NCBI GenBank assembly: GCA_951406725.2
Contig: OX597816.1
Coordinates: 15,624,001 to 15,688,000, forward strand
Length of the DNA: 64,000 bases
DNA from: Octopus vulgaris
Taxonomy: Eukaryota
Reading direction: 5' to 3'
Below the pieces are notes generated by a model. It searched no databases. It had not been told where the DNA came from and saw nothing but the letters and a program-made list of their open reading frames with translations. Below are positions 25,865 to 38,385 of this stretch, one piece after another. The position numbers and the translations under genes are program-made. Position 1 is the first letter of the stretch. Every line of letters begins with the position of its first letter.

Positions 25865-26184
25865 GAAGGTGCATGGCTTAGTGGTGAGGGCATTTGGCTC
25901 ACAATTGTAAGTTCGTGAGTTCAATTCCTGGCAACGCGTTGTGTCTTTGTGCAAGACACTTTATTTCACGTTGCTCCAGTCCACTCAGCTGGCAAAAATG
26001 AGTTGTACCTGTATTTCAAAGGGCCAACCTTGTCACACTTTGTGTCATGCTGAATCTCCCCGAGAACTATGTTAGGGGTACGCATGTCTGTGGATTGCTC
26101 AGTCACTTGCACGTTAATTTCACAAGCAGGCTGTTCTGTTGATCGTATCAGCTTGGACTCTCATCATCATAACCAACGGAGTGC
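25865..26184 (+). mobile_element. SINE family D, body variant 1
   Basis: A-box TGGCTTAGTGG, B-box GAGTTCAATTCC; colinear with 1010-1330. Confidence 0.85.
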
Positions 26185-26194
26185 TCTTTATTTA

Positions 26195-26237
<43 letters not shown>

Positions 26238-26272
26238 GTGTGTGCGTGTGTGTGTGTATATATATACACATA

Positions 26273-26303
<31 letters not shown>

Positions 26304-27423
26304 TTATATATCCACATACAAACACACACACATGTATGTATGTGAAGGTACATGGCCTAGTGGTTAAGGTGTTGCACTCACGATTGCTAACATGTGTGTT
26401 TGTGTTTTGTTGCCTTGATAGTGTGCGGTAGTTGTAAACAAGTGTCACTGTCATACAAGTGGTGTAACTCATGTTCAGCCTTTCCTGAAAACATGTCCAG
26501 TCATGTGGAAATAATATTATGTCACCAACACCAGTTGTCAAGTAGCGGTGGTGGTGGGGGGACACAGACAAAAGCACATACACTTATATATACACATATA
26601 TATACACACAACAGGATTCTTTCAGTTTCTGTCTATAAAATCCATTCACAAGGCTTTGCTGGACTCAAGGCTACAGTTGAAGACACTTACTCAAAGTGCC
26701 GCACTGTGGAACTGAACCTAGCACCATGTCATTGGAGAGTAACTTTCTTACAACATAGCCATGCCTGGATATTTAAACGATAACGATGAGCTCACCTTCT
26801 TTGTTTCTCTTTATCTTTCTTTTTTGTCTAATTAATTCACTGATAGTTCACTGTCTTTCTCTCTCTTTATTTTTCTCTCTCACTCACTCACATGATATCA
26901 GCCATTTGAAAATTCTGTTTACTTTGAAGTCAGATAATTGCAAGATCTTCCCACCATCTTGGTCATAGTTTGAAATATCTCCCTAAACCGTTGTAGTGTT
27001 ACACCAGATATATTTGTGGGATTTTACTAACTACGATAACAATGATAACAATCATTTGTAAGATTTCACAATTGGGTCACCGAGTGATTATTAGAGATTT
27101 CCTTTCAAGAACACTAAGTATTTAAGCTCCGTCTGAAGTGAGTCTGCAATTTATCTTTTTATATCAATTCTAATTATTTAACAGCATGTAGCAACAACTT
27201 TAAATTGCAATCTGCTCGCTTTATTATTTCATTTGATATCAGCCACATATGAAATATATGACTTTCTTTTCTGATGTTAGATGATAATAAATGGCAACTT
27301 TTAATATTATGATTATCCCATTATCATTAACTCTTTAATATTTATTCTTTCTACCTTCGCTCGTTTGATAGATAATCAAGCTGCATAAACAAAATATTGC
27401 ACTCTGATGTTCCCAGTGGCAGT

Positions 27424-27816
27424 TCTTTTGCTTGTTTAAATCATTAGACTGCAGCCATGCTGGAGCACTGCTGTGAAGAATTTTTCACCAAATGAGTCGA
27501 TTCCCATATCTCTTTTTAAAGCCGGGTACTTATTCTCTCAGTCTCTTTTGCCAAACTGCTAAGTTATGGAGATGTAAACATACCGATACCTGTAGGCAGG
27601 TGGTTATGGGGGCAAATACAGACACAAAAGACACACACGTAAATATATATATATATATATATATATGATAGGCTTCTTTCAGTTTCCATCTACCAAATCC
27701 ACTCACAAGATTTGGTTGGCCTGAGGCTGTAGTGGAAGACACTTGCCCTGGTGTTACATAGTGGAACTGAACCTGGAACCATGTAGTTGAGAAACGAGCT
27801 TCTTACCACACAGCCC
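27424..27816 (-). mobile_element. SINE family A (diverged)
   Basis: Colinear with 6054-6461. Confidence 0.85.
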
Positions 27817-27843
27817 ACATAATTATATAAAGAAAAAAAATAA

Positions 27844-28083
27844 ATGCGCCCTTTTAAAACCTAGCCAGGCTCATGGGCCCGGTTTCAATGGCATATGTGT
27901 TCCCCCCAGCTGGACGGGATGCCAGTCCATCGCAGCGTTACTCATTTTTGCCAGCTGAGTGGACTGGAGCAACGTGAAATGAAGTGTTTTGCTCAAGAAC
28001 ACAACGTGTCGCCCGGTCCAGGAATCGAAACCACAATCTTACGATCATGATGCTGACACCCTAACCACTAAGCCACGTGCCCC
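27844..28083 (-). mobile_element. SINE family D, body variant 2
   Basis: Same head as variant 1 up to CAAAAATGAGT, then CTGCGATGGACTGGCATCCCGTCCAG (V-SINE-like motif, from memory). Confidence 0.8.
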
Positions 28084-28379
28084 CACTCATAATTATATAC
28101 AATACTTGAATTTAAGAATAAGATTTTTCAGTTTTGGGTATAGACCCAACAAGAATGTTCCAAATATGAGATTTCTAAAGTTCTGTTACTTGTTGGAGGC
28201 TGTTTTGAAAGAAAATGAAATTCTTGGGTATGTACAGATCCCATGATAGTGGAGAGTAAAAGATGATCAGGCAGAGAAGTCACTGGCTTCAGTTGATACT
28301 CAATAACTGCCATAAACAGAAAGAAATGGAAGCTATTAATACTTTTGTTGCAATTTTGTAAATATTATAAGTTTTCCCC

Positions 28380-28670
28380 AGTCGTTGCCAGTGCCACTGG
28401 ACTGGCTCCTGTGCAGGTGGCACATAAAAAGCACAATTTGAGCATGGCCGTTGCCAGTACTGCCTGACTGGCCCTTGTGCCAGTGGCACATAAGAGCACC
28501 CACTACACTCTTGGAGTGGTTGGCGTTAGGAAGAGCATCCAGCTGTAGAAACTCTGCCAGATCAAGACTGGAGTCTGGTGCAGCCATCTGGTTCGCCAGA
28601 CCTCAGTCAAATCGTCCAACCTATGCTAGCATGGAAAGCGGACGTTAAACGATGATGATGATGATGATGA
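28380..28670 (+). mobile_element. Family B 3' end
   Basis: Two minisatellite units, then GGTTGGCGTTAGGAAG...GGACGTTAAAC and (GAT)n. Confidence 0.85.
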
Positions 28671-29202
28671 TCGATTATAGAAAATAGTGTAATATTGGGG
28701 CATATAAATCTATATATACAGCAGAAAAAAATGGGCATTTGTGTACTAATACCCATTTCTTTTCTCTGTTGAGGGTTTATAAGCCCTAATATTAGACTAT
28801 TTGCTATAGAAAATATGCAATGGAAAATAATAATGTTTACAAAATTTTCAGTTGTTACCATATCTTAACTTATGCAGAATAAGCATTTGTTACAATACTT
28901 CTACTGAAATAACCTGTCTTTATTTCAATTAATTTTGGAAAATAATGAATTTAGCAAAATAATTACGTCATTATTAAGCTGATGTTTGGAAAACGTATCA
29001 ATATGCAATTTTGATGGAAGAATTTGACTTAGAACTCCTTTGATTATAAATCATATCAGTAGGGGTTGATTTTAAGCTTTCCTACAACAAAACCAATCTG
29101 GGTGATTCCCTCAGGCTTTTGTACCATAGTTTGTCTCACTGAACCCCAGAGTGGTCGCAACTGAGTTGGTATCAAAGGTTTAAGTATAAACTTATATCTC
29201 AC

Positions 29203-30008
29203 TTATATTAGAAGAGTATTAAGGAAACTTATATTAGAAGAATTACGGAGATGTACTTGCATAGCACGTGACCTGATCTGAGATCGTGTGCTGGAACGGA
29301 AACAATTGCAGCATGGAAGGTGTCTGAAGTCAGTGAACATGTCACGGTCTCAAAGTGCCGAAAATATTTCGACAAGTTAAATTTAAATGTTGAAGTGAAT
29401 CTAACGGTTTTTGTATGTTTCTTAAATGGCTTATAAATAAACACCTTCCACACTGCAATTGTTTATATTAGAAGAGTATTAAGGAAACTTATATTAGAAG
29501 AATTACAGAGATGTACTTGCATAGCAAGTGACCTGATCTGAGATCGTGTGCTGGAACGGAAACAATTGCAGCATGGAAGGTGTCTGAAGTCAGGGAACAT
29601 GTCACGGTCTCAAAGTGCCGAAAATATTTTGACAAGTTAAATTTAAATGTTGAAGTGAATCTAACGGTTTTTGTATGTTTCTTAAATGGCTTATAAATAA
29701 ACACCTTCCACACTGCAATTGTTTATATTAGAAGAGTATTAAGGAAACTTATATTAGAAGAATTACAGAGATGTACTTGCATAGCAAGTGACCTGATCTG
29801 AGATCGTGTGCTGGAACGGAAACAATTGCAGCATGGAAGGTGTCTGAAGTCAGTGGAACATGTCACGGTCTCAAAGTGCCGAAAATATTTTGACAAGTTA
29901 AATTTAAATGTTGAAGTGAATCTAACGGTTTTTGTATGTCTCTTAAATGGCTTATAAATAAACACCTTCCACACTGCAATTGTTTATATTAGAAGAGTAT
30001 TAAGGAAA
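29203..30008 (+). repeat. Three near-identical 260-bp tandem units, each with an internal 24-bp inverted repeat and a hammerhead-like motif
   Basis: TTATATTAGAAGAGTATTAAGGAAA at 29203, 29463, 29723 and 29984; AAACAATTGCAGCATGGAAGGTGT / ACACCTTCCACACTGCAATTGTTT in each unit. Confidence 0.95.
29329..29373 (+). ncRNA. Hammerhead-like motif with G3-C8 covariant core (further copies at about 29589 and 29849)
   Basis: GTCA-GTGAACA-T-GTCAC-GGTCTCAAA-GTGCC-GAAA-ATAT-TT|(C/T)GAC. Confidence 0.5.
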
Positions 30009-31119
30009 TTGTACAGCTAGAGTAATGGTTATGATATTTTGCAAATCAAAACAAAGCATTTATAAATCTATTGTGTTTGTTGCATTGCAGCCGTCATTTC
30101 TGCATACATCTTAATCAACCACAAAGAAATAAGGTGCCTCTCTTTTTTAATCACGTTTGCTTGATTGAGTGAGTGTCTGCTTTTTCTGGTATCTCAGAAA
30201 TTGCTCAAGCTAATAAGTTTTTGTTTTTTTTTCACTTGTGATTATTTAGCAAAATGATTTGTTTTTAACTTCAAAGTTTTGCTGTTTTAACAAATTATTT
30301 GTATCTGTGCTAGGTAAGCTAAGAGTTATTGGAAAAAATACCATGATAAATCGACTTAATTTAAAATGAAATACAGTAGAGATACATGCATGCACACATG
30401 GGTACATGGTAACAGAATTTCTTTCATATAATGCTGGCTCTTCCAGCCAACAGTGTAGAATACATTCAAATACTAACCACACAGTGAAAAATTCTCTTTT
30501 CTTTTTCAATCTTTCAGGCTATTATTTCTTGGAATTACATAATTGAATAGGAGTGGTATATACATCAAATGTAGATGTACTTGTTTTAGATTTATCTTTG
30601 TGTCTCAAGGCAAATGTTGTTCTTAGCTACAGAAAGTCCTTTTAGATAAGAGTTGTTGGAGCTGAGTGAATTGATTCTGATTGGTTCTGTTGCAGGAAAA
30701 CTGAAATGTAATGCAATGTTGTTGATTACCTTATCAATCAAGCCCGACTGATAAGACCTATAATCAAAGAAGTTCCAACCATGACCATCCCATATTTCTT
30801 GTATTGTTCTTTAAATATATCTTACTGTTTCTTTTAAAACTGTAAAGCGGGAGTTCTAAATCATGATTTCGTGGCACACTTCAAAAGGAAATGTTAAAAC
30901 GGAACTGTTTAATGTTAAAAGTCTACCACTAGTAAAGAGAAAAAAAATGTTGCTGACAATGTTTTGTGAAGCATATTAGTGTATAACAAAATTTTGAATA
31001 AAACAGCCATCTAAATATCATACTTAATGAATATACACCATTAACAAGCAAGTTTCTGGGATTTTCACCCAAAATAAAATCTCTTGTGGACGTACTGTGT
31101 TTAAAAACATGATAGCGCT

Positions 31120-31368
31120 AAGAGTACCATACGAGTGAGATCGTTGCCAGAGCAACAAGCTGACCTTCGTGCCAATGGCACATTAAAAACACCATTCGAG
31201 CGTGATCGTTATCTGTGTCGCTTTACTAGCACTTGTGCTGGTAGCACGTGAAAAAAACATTCGAGCGAGGTCGTTGCCAGTGCTGCTGGACTGCTTGCCC
31301 GGACTTGTGCCTGGGAGGGTAACTTTCTAGGTGCAATCCCATGGTCAGTCATGACTGAATGGGGTCTC
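31120..31368 (+). mobile_element. Family B minisatellite fragment fused to the 3' tail of SINE D variant 3
   Basis: 31190-31293 matches 62797-62885; 31295-31368 matches 37868-37939. Confidence 0.7.
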
Positions 31369-32421
31369 AGCGTTTAACAGAATAATCTGAATGCTAAAGG
31401 GTTAAGGGAATCTTGGCTACTTTTTCTAGCAAGATGAGCGACCACATTGCAGCGTGTCTCATTGGTGCTGGTCAGGTAACCTGGAACATATGGGTTTGTT
31501 GATGTTCTATGGTAGACTGTTGATCTTTGAAAGGAATGCTTTGCTTGAAATGTTTGATGTAGGTCTTAGTGAAACAGTACGGGTGATGAAAAAGAAAGGA
31601 GGTGTGTTTAACGACTGTGTACCTGTGTTAGGAAAGCTATAGTGCATCATTACGTAAGTACCAACTCTGGAAATTCTGGTAGCTTGTTTAACATTAACAT
31701 ATTCTCAATTTGTCTTTCGTTTTCTCATTTCTTTTTATGCTTTTTCTTAAAGAGAACACCAAGTGTTTCTTGATGTGGAGATGGTGAGCGAGTGAGTGAG
31801 CGAGTAAACTTGTGTGATGTGTAAAGAAATAGAGGATGTTTTATAGTGGTTGTTGTTGTTTTTTTAAAATTTTATTGCTTGTATCACGTTGAAAATTATT
31901 CATGAGAAATACAGGTGTGATATAGCTCTTCATCTGAGAAATAAATACTATTTACTTTATCAAGGCTGCTTTTTCTTTTTTTCTGTGTAATTTTTTTCTC
32001 TCTCTTTTGCAATTATAAAATGTGTGAATTGGAAGATATGACCATGTTTAATCATCCTGTTTAACGTCTTGGCCTAAACTTTAATTGGAATAAAATAAAA
32101 ATTATAAAAAAACAATAAATACATACATTTACAAAAAAAATACAAAACACCCAGCCAGTCACAATTCCTTAATCTGGCTTTTGTTCTTTTATTTTTTGTT
32201 TTGTTTTGTTTACTAAGTGGTTTTTTGCTTGTTTGTTTACTATTTTATTATTGTTGTTGTTGCTGTTACTACTACTACTACTACTACTTCCATCACTTAA
32301 GTGACAAAATACACTTTTTCTTAATAATTGCCATTTCATATTATATCTCATTATCAGCAAAAAAGCAAATTTTTTTTCTCTCTCTAGATTAGTTCATGTT
32401 TTGACCTTTCACATTCATCAA

Positions 32422-32670
32422 CTGCTGCTGCTGCTGCTGCTTCTTCTTCTTCTTCTTCTTCTTCTTCTTCTTCTTCTTCTTCTTCTTCTTCTTCTTCTTC
32501 TTCTTCTTCTCCTTCTTCATCGTCATCTTCTTCTTCTCCTTCTTCATCGTCATCTTCTTCTTCTCCTTCTTCATCGTCATCTTCTTCTTCTTCATCGTCA
32601 TCTTCTTCTTCTTCTTCTTCGTCATCTTCTTCTTCGTCATCTTCTTCTTCATCGTCATCATCTTCTTCTT
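32422..32670. repeat. (CTG)n/(CTT)n/(CAT)n compound trinucleotide array
   Basis: Direct reading; 27-bp higher-order unit in the middle. Confidence 0.95.
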
Positions 32671-32679
32671 CCAGAGCAC

Positions 32680-33198
32680 TAACGAAAATGTGCTTTACTA
32701 TTTCTTCTGCCTGGGTTCCAATCCCAGTGATGAAAGCTTTGCCTTTCATTCTTCCAGGGTTGATAAAAATAAAGTACCCATCAAGTACTGGGGTCGATGG
32801 TATTGATTGACAACCTCCCCTCAAAATTGCAGGCCTTGTGCCACTGAAACCAAAATTAAAAGCAGCAATCTGGCAGAAAGAATCAAGCATCAATGTCTTG
32901 TAGTATTTCTTTTGGTTTTTTAATTCTGAATTCAAATCCGACCATAGACAACTATTTTCATCCCTTTGGGGTCATTGTTATCAACTAAGTCTCTCCCTTA
33001 AAAATTTCTGGCCTTGTGTCTAAGTCATGCATTTCATTCGTCTTCACATTCTGAGTTCAAATTCCACTGAGGTCAACTTTGCCTTTCATCCTTTCAGGGT
33101 TGATAAATAAAGTACCAGTGAAACACTGGGGTTGATGTAATCAACTAGTCCCCTTCCCCCATATTTCAGGCCTTGTGCCTTTAGTAGAAAGAATTATT
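32680..33198 (+). mobile_element. Cluster of about three decayed family C SINE fragments
   Basis: TTTCATCC...GGGGT(C/T)GAT-type module at about 32740, 32955 and 33080. Confidence 0.7.
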
Positions 33199-34267
33199 TC
33201 CTCCACCTTAGCGAAGGTGGAGGTATTGTTTTCAGTTGTGTTTGTTTGTCTGTGGACAAGATATTTCAAGAACCACTGGATGGATTTGGATGAAACTTTC
33301 ATGGATGTTTGGCCTCATGACTGACATGAACTGATGATTAGATTTTGGGATCAATCCGGTACCAGACAAGGATTCTGGATTATTTGTTATATTTACTTTA
33401 CCTTACTTTACATGAAGTATTACAATCTTACATTCTTTCATATCTTACTCTGATTATTTTCCTTGAAAGCACGCTCATGGTTTCCATGTAGGTTATGATG
33501 GCATTGCTGTTTCCAAAGCTTTATTTTCATTTCTGTATTATTAATTTTACTTGCATCTCTATCTTAGTAGAAACTGATGGATAAAGAAATCAAACTACAT
33601 AAACAAATGGCAGTGAAACCATTCAGAAATGGAATAACACTAACATATTCAGTAACAATAATAAATTTAATTTATCCTTGACAATTTTTAGTTTTACCAA
33701 TTTTGAATAAATTGCTCCTGTTTAAAATCTCTTACCTACCTGACAATTGTATTTCTAGCTCTGCCTTGAAAGAAGCTTTACTTCTTAGACTCACACTTTT
33801 GTGTGCAATGATGTTGTTAAACCTCCTTTAACAGCACATTATGCAGGTCTTTTCCATTTTCTTACATGCACAGATAAATTTATCACTATAGACCTTAATG
33901 GTCATGAAGACACTATATCAGTGGATAGACTAAAAAAAGGCCTTCATAGAGAAAACTGTCCCTATTCCTACTGCAGACGACACACACACACAGCATTACA
34001 AACATGGCCCAAACACCGACCTTCACATTCCATGACTACCATTGGGATTGATCAGGTACTGGACAAGGATTCTGGATTATTTTTCTGTTTTTTTACTTAA
34101 ATTTGGAGAGATGGCAGGTTCGTTTTTAGTATTCTCGTTTGTGAGAGCAGTTGAGTTTATTTCAGATATTCTCATTTTAATAATCATCTCTGGCTAATTG
34201 TTGAGAGGACGTTGGAGTTGCCTTGGAGGATGTTAGTGTTGCCTTGGCAGAGGTTCTCTGAGTGCTC

Positions 34268-34270
<3 letters not shown>
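33194..34270 (+). mobile_element. Helentron/DINE-1-like element, second copy, with about 660 bp of extra internal sequence
   Basis: 5' TTATTTCCTCCACCTTAGCGAAGGTGGAGG, 3' GGCAGAGGTTCTCTGAGTGCTCGTT; GACAAGGATTCTGGATTATTT occurs at about 33365 and 34062. Confidence 0.7.
33789..33940 (+). pseudogene. Ty3/Gypsy integrase C-terminal (GPY/F module) remnant
   Basis: THTFVCNDVVKPPLTAHYAGLFHFLTCTDKFITIDLNGHEDTISVDRLK resembles the THVFVRxDxVxxPLxxPYxGP(Y/F)...DTVSIDRLK pattern. Confidence 0.75.
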
Positions 34271-34305
<35 letters not shown>

Positions 34306-34337
34306 TATTATTATTATTATTATTATTACTATTATTA

Positions 34338-34601
34338 TGGGAAGCCAGAAGGCTGCACCAGACCCAGTCAATAATAGTAATAATAATAGTAATAATAATA
34401 ATAATAATAATAGTAATAATAATAATAATAATAGTAATAATAATAGTAATAATAATAATAGTAATAATAATAATAATAGTAATAATAATAATCATCATCA
34501 TCATCATCATCATTTAGCGTCCGCTAGCATGGAGAACGGACGCTAAATGATGATGATGATGATGATGATGATTATTACTATTATTATTATTATTATTACT
34601 A

Positions 34602-34632
<31 letters not shown>

Positions 34633-34737
34633 TATTATTATTATTATTATTATTATTATCATTATTACTATTATTATTATTATTACTATTATTATTACTA
34701 TTATTGACTGGGTCTGGTGCAGCCTTCTGGCTTCCCA
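34338..34737. repeat. 400-bp fold-back palindrome built from family B pieces and (AAT)n/(CAT)n
   Basis: Arms 34338-34523 and 34537-34737; 13-nt spacer CTAGCATGGAGAA. Confidence 0.9.
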
Positions 34738-35613
34738 GACCCCAGTTGAACCGTCCAACCCATGCCAGCATGGAAAGCGGACGCTAAACAATGATATTAT
34801 TATTATTATTATTATTATAATTATTATTATCATATATCTTTTAAAGTTGTAGTGTCTCCCCTTGATTGATGTAAATCCCACCTGTTTCGTGTGTTGTATC
34901 TAGTTCTTTGATATTGTCCTCCATGTCTTGGGACCTTGTGGCCAATAAAAGAAATCATTATTATTATTGAAATTACTACTACAGCTACTACTGCTGTTAT
35001 TAATAATGGAATGGTGGAGTGTCTCACATGATGGAATATAGGATTAAATACTTTCAGGTATTTAAGCTACATGTCTTCTCTACATCCTGCATTTAAATTC
35101 AGCCAAGTTCAACTTTGCCTTTCAATATGTACCATCAGTCAAGTACTTATCATGATTAAATCAACTATTTCTCTTTTTCCTCCAAAACCTGTGACATTGT
35201 GCCAGTCCTAGAAAGTATTATATAATAATAATGACAACAGCAGCAACAACAATAATCATAGTAAATAATAATGATGATAATAATAATAATAATAATAATA
35301 TCCAGCATTGTATGTGCGGTGGTGGGAATAAAGATTGAGTGACATTCAGACATTTCCTAAGGACAATCCACTTTACTTATACAGCTAATACTCTTAAGAA
35401 AAGCATAAATGTCAAACTATGTCAGTGTTTTTTTTTTTCCTTTAAAAATTAGCGCTTTTACATCTAAGTAGAAAATCAATATATATAGGAAAAATCAATA
35501 TATATATTGATAGATAGATATATTGAAAAGTATGTGTGTGTATATGTATGTATAGATAGATATTCTTACACAAACACAGCTACAAAGTTAGTTATATTCA
35601 TATAGCTATGGCG

Positions 35614-35644
<31 letters not shown>

Positions 35645-36099
35645 TCTCTCTCACTCTCTCTCTCTCTCTCTCTCTCTCTTATATATATATATATATATAT
35701 ATACATACTGTAAATGTGCTGTAAAGTATATTAAAATATATTTTACTAAGTGCAAACATTATCTTGCATAGAACACAATACATTGACTTGAGTGGATAGG
35801 CAAGTTTAATAATAATAATGAGCTTATTGTATACAGTACTCAGGTGTACTACAACTTATAAACACACACACACATCTCTCTCCCCCTCTCTTTCTCTCTC
35901 TCTATCTATCGGTCTATCGGTCTATCATGTTCAAATGTAAGATGTTGATATGATATCCATTGATTTTTGGAAAATAGAAAAAATTACCCAATACCATAAC
36001 TGAGCTGTTTGTTTTACGCTGATTACTTCAATTCCTGGGGAAATTCCATGGACCACATGCCATGAGAAGTAACAGGCCACTGGATTACCTTAAATAAAC

Positions 36100-36147
<48 letters not shown>

Positions 36148-36505
36148 GTGGCTGTGTGGTAAGTAGCTTGCTAACCAACCACATGGTTCTGGGTTCAGTC
36201 CCACTGCGTGGAATCTTGGGCAAGTGTCTTCTGCTATAGCCCCGGGCTGACCAATGCCTTGTTAGTGGATTTGGTAGACGGAAACTGAAAGAAGCTTGTC
36301 GTATATATATATATATATGTATGTGTTTGTCCTCCTAGCATTGCTTGACAACCGATGCCAGTGTCTTTACGTCACTTAGTGGTTCGGCAAAAAGAGACTG
36401 ATAGAATAAGTACTGGGCTTACAAAGAATAAGTCCCGGGGTCAATTTGCTCGACTAAAGGCGGTGCTCCAGCATGGCCGCAGTCAAAATGACTGAAACAA
36501 GTAGA
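36148..36505 (+). mobile_element. SINE family A
   Basis: Close match to 45337-45740. Confidence 0.9.
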
Positions 36506-36510
36506 AAAAA

Positions 36511-36542
<32 letters not shown>

Positions 36543-36763
36543 GGAGTTTAACGCAGGTATAAGTCAAATACTTTTGCTTTCGACATATGTTTCGAAGTTT
36601 TCATAGATATTATTCAAAAGAATAAATGGTATAAAACAATGCAATCTTCTCTTTACTTGTGTGATTTTTTGCTACCCTGGTAACTATTTATTTATTTTTT
36701 CCATGTTAATTATTAACAAGGCAAAAATACACTCTTCTATTCATATATATATATATATATATA

Positions 36764-36907
36764 TCATCATCATCATCATCGTTTAGCGTCCGTTTTCCAT
36801 GCTAGCATGGGTTGGACGGTTCTACTGGGGTCTGTGAAGCCAGAAGGCTTCATCAGGCCCAGTCAAAGCTGGCAGTGTTTCTACGGCTGGATGCCCTTCC
36901 TAACGCC
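36764..36907 (-). mobile_element. Family B 3' end, same young subfamily as 24899
   Basis: Shares diagnostic GTTTAGCG and TCTGTGAAGCCAGAAGGCTTCATCAGG with 24917-25046. Confidence 0.85.
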
Positions 36908-37099
36908 ATATATATAGTTAAATACTTTATTTAAAGCAGCAGAAAATAAAGCATATTACTCTACCACTGGTATTTGAGTACTCTTTTCTCCACCTTGTTT
37001 CTCATTTATGTGTTTACTCCAGTATATAGTTAAATAGAAAGATATAGATATATGTATGTATATATACGTATGATCAATTCAAGTAAACAATCTAAATAA

Positions 37100-37270
37100 A
37101 CGAATAAGAAAAAAAACAACAACAAAAACATGAATGTGCACAAGAAATGTTAGCTTGATTCTCAGTGAAAGGAGAGAGTGACGTTTCAAGCATATCACTT
37201 CATCAGAAATGAGAAAGGGAAAAGTCCAAAGATGGAAAAGAAATTTCCAATGGCACACACGTAGTTACAT
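37100..37270 (-). mobile_element. Penelope-like-derived element (same family as 9030-9222) with hammerhead core at about 37180-37206
   Basis: Minus strand: CTGATGA-AGTGATATGCTT-GAAAC-GTC. Confidence 0.55.
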
Positions 37271-37604
37271 TATATATATATTTATTTATTTGTAGTTAGA
37301 TAGATATTCATACATATATATAGTGTGTATGTGTGTGTATGCAAGAACTGATTCAAAGAGTCAAACAGAGCTCACTGTAAGCTTGTTACCTGTTGCATGG
37401 CTATCAAGAGGCAGTGATTAAGGATAGGATATAGCCTCACTGTCATTATGAAATTCCAGGATTTGCAATGGTGGAGAGAATGTAGAAACATTGACCAGCG
37501 AAGTGAAGTGAGTGTTTATTCCATTAGTTACATACGTGACACTATATCATCTGTCACACAAATAAATACACACACAATATACATATATATATATATATAT
37601 TTGT

Positions 37605-37939
37605 GAAGGTGCATGGCTCAGTGATTAGAGCATCAAGCTTACAATCGTGAGGTTGTGAGTTTGATTCCCAGACTGGGCCACGTGTTGCGTTCTTGAGCAA
37701 GACACTTTATTTCACACATGTTACTCCAGTTCACTCGGCTGTAGAAATGAGTTGCGATGCCACTAGTGCCAAGCTGTATCGGCCTTTGCATTTCCCTTGG
37801 ATAACATCAGTGGCGTGGTGAGAGGAGGCTGGTATGCATAGGTGACTGCTGGTCTTCTATAAACAACCTTGCCTGGACTTGTACCTCGGAGGGTAATTTC
37901 TAGGTGCAATCCCATGGTCATTCATGACCGAAGGGGGTC
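37605..37939 (+). mobile_element. SINE family D, body variant 3
   Basis: Same head as variants 1 and 2 up to AAATGAGT, then an unrelated body ending CATGACCGAAGGGGGTC. Confidence 0.8.
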
Positions 37940-37947
37940 ACACTCAC

Positions 37948-38385
37948 ATCATCATCATCGTTTAACGTCCGTTCTCCATGCTAGCATGGGTTGGATGGTT
38001 CGACCAGGGATCTGGGAAGCCAGAAGGCTGCACCAGGCTCCGGTCTTATCTGGCAATATTTCTACAGCTGGATGCCCTTCCTAACACCAACCACTCCATG
38101 AGTGTAGTGGGTGCTTTTTACATGCCACCGGCACTGGAGCCAGGTGAGGCTGGCATCGGCCACGGTCGGATTGGTGCATTTTACGTGCCACCTGCACGGA
38201 AGCCAGTCGAGACGGCACTGGCTTCGGCCACGATTCGGATGGTGCTTTTTACGTGCCACCAACACGGAAGCCAGTCGAGGCGGTGCTGGTATTGGCCACG
38301 ATTCAGATAGTGCTTTTTACGTATCTCCAGTCCAGGGGTCATGGCATCTGCCAGGTGCCAGTCATAGGATTGGTTCAATTTCGAT
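37948..38385 (-). mobile_element. Family B, long copy with about four minisatellite units
   Basis: (CAT)n tail and repeated GCTTTTTACGTGCCACC. Confidence 0.85.

Noticed and set aside
32384-32935. 183-aa Glu/Asp-rich ORF
   Set aside because: The N-terminal part is antisense family C SINE and the rest is a (CTT)n microsatellite.
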